Shown: in pieces, positions 63,401 to 64,000 of the stretch
How positions within the stretch are numbered: the first letter of the stretch is position 1
Layout of the letters: each line of letters begins with the position of its first letter
Origin: Hamiltosporidium tvaerminnensis FI-OER-3-3
Lineage: Eukaryota > Fungi > Microsporidia
DNA length: 64,000 bases
Reading direction: 5' to 3'
NCBI GenBank assembly: GCA_022605425.2
Contig: CM061249.1
Span: 434,001 to 498,000, forward strand
Position numbers and translations under genes: made by a program
The notes under the pieces: model-generated
Told to the model about the DNA's origin: nothing
The model's database searches: none
Seen by the model: only the letters and a program-made list of their open reading frames with translations

Positions 63401-64000
63401 CGTGCCACTGCAGTTATCGTCATCGGCACACAAGATTCAGCATACTCACCGATAATTCGATTAATAAGGTCCAAAACTTTACTGTCAACCAATTCACTTG
63501 GAAGCTTTCGAGTTCGGACCACCACTTTTCCAATTTCCTTCTCCGTGATTTCTTTGATTTTACTCAAGAATTTATCTCTCAGGTTTATGTACTCCGTGGT
63601 GTCAGTCAGGGTGCATGGCTCAGTGAGGCAAATGGCGATTCTACGTCGCTCTCTATTCTCTTCTTGCCTTATTTCCCTTTCTGCCTTATTTTGTGCGAGT
63701 TATTTAAACGCATCGATATCTATTGTGCAGCTAAATTTCTCATTATAGTACCTCAGAGTAACGGGCCAGCCATTTCTGGGCATTCTCTCAAACCTCTTTT
63801 GCACTGCTAGAATAGCAGATCTAGGCCATTCCTGCCCTACGACTGTGACAGAGTCAAGTATTGAGTGCAATACCACCAGTCGATTCCCTTCTAGAATGGC
63901 ATGTGTATTGAGGTTTGTCATGCCGTTGGCTGGTCCAAACGCAGTGGCATCGGTACCAGAAGACGAGGGTATGGTGTCAACCAAGCAGACTAGACTATTC
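60428..64000 (-). mobile_element. Second copy of R4-like non-LTR retrotransposon (5' end outside the window), inactivated
   Basis: Highly similar to 46352-49924 with the same domains and shared lesions, plus private stops and frameshifts. Confidence 0.92.

Overview
Very AT-rich, gene-sparse, intron-less eukaryotic DNA that looks like a large-genome microsporidian (Hamiltosporidium-like). This assignment is an inference from CCC motifs just upstream of several ATGs, LRR and lineage-specific gene families, and the transposon mix. The left ~40 kb is an accessory region with four paralogues of a ~250-aa seven-transmembrane family, one intact LRR gene, decayed LRR/secreted pseudogenes, a DD34E IS630-Tc1 transposon and RTE retroposon debris. 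The right ~24 kb holds a full-length piggyBac, a degenerate dUTPase, several copies of an R4-like RLE non-LTR retrotransposon, PIG-B/GPI10, an atypical tRNA, two perfect heptamer arrays and a uridine kinase. The top candidate for novelty is a dispersed non-coding family with six members. Five retain a ~121-nt head with 5S rRNA-like size and architecture, joined either to a ~590-nt body or to an RTE-like GTAA tail, which suggests a SINE3-like system. Next are a tRNA with an Ala (GGC) anticodon that lacks G3:U70, and a 30-nt minisatellite inserted in frame in both orientations in the uridine kinase gene. All alignments and folds were done by eye.
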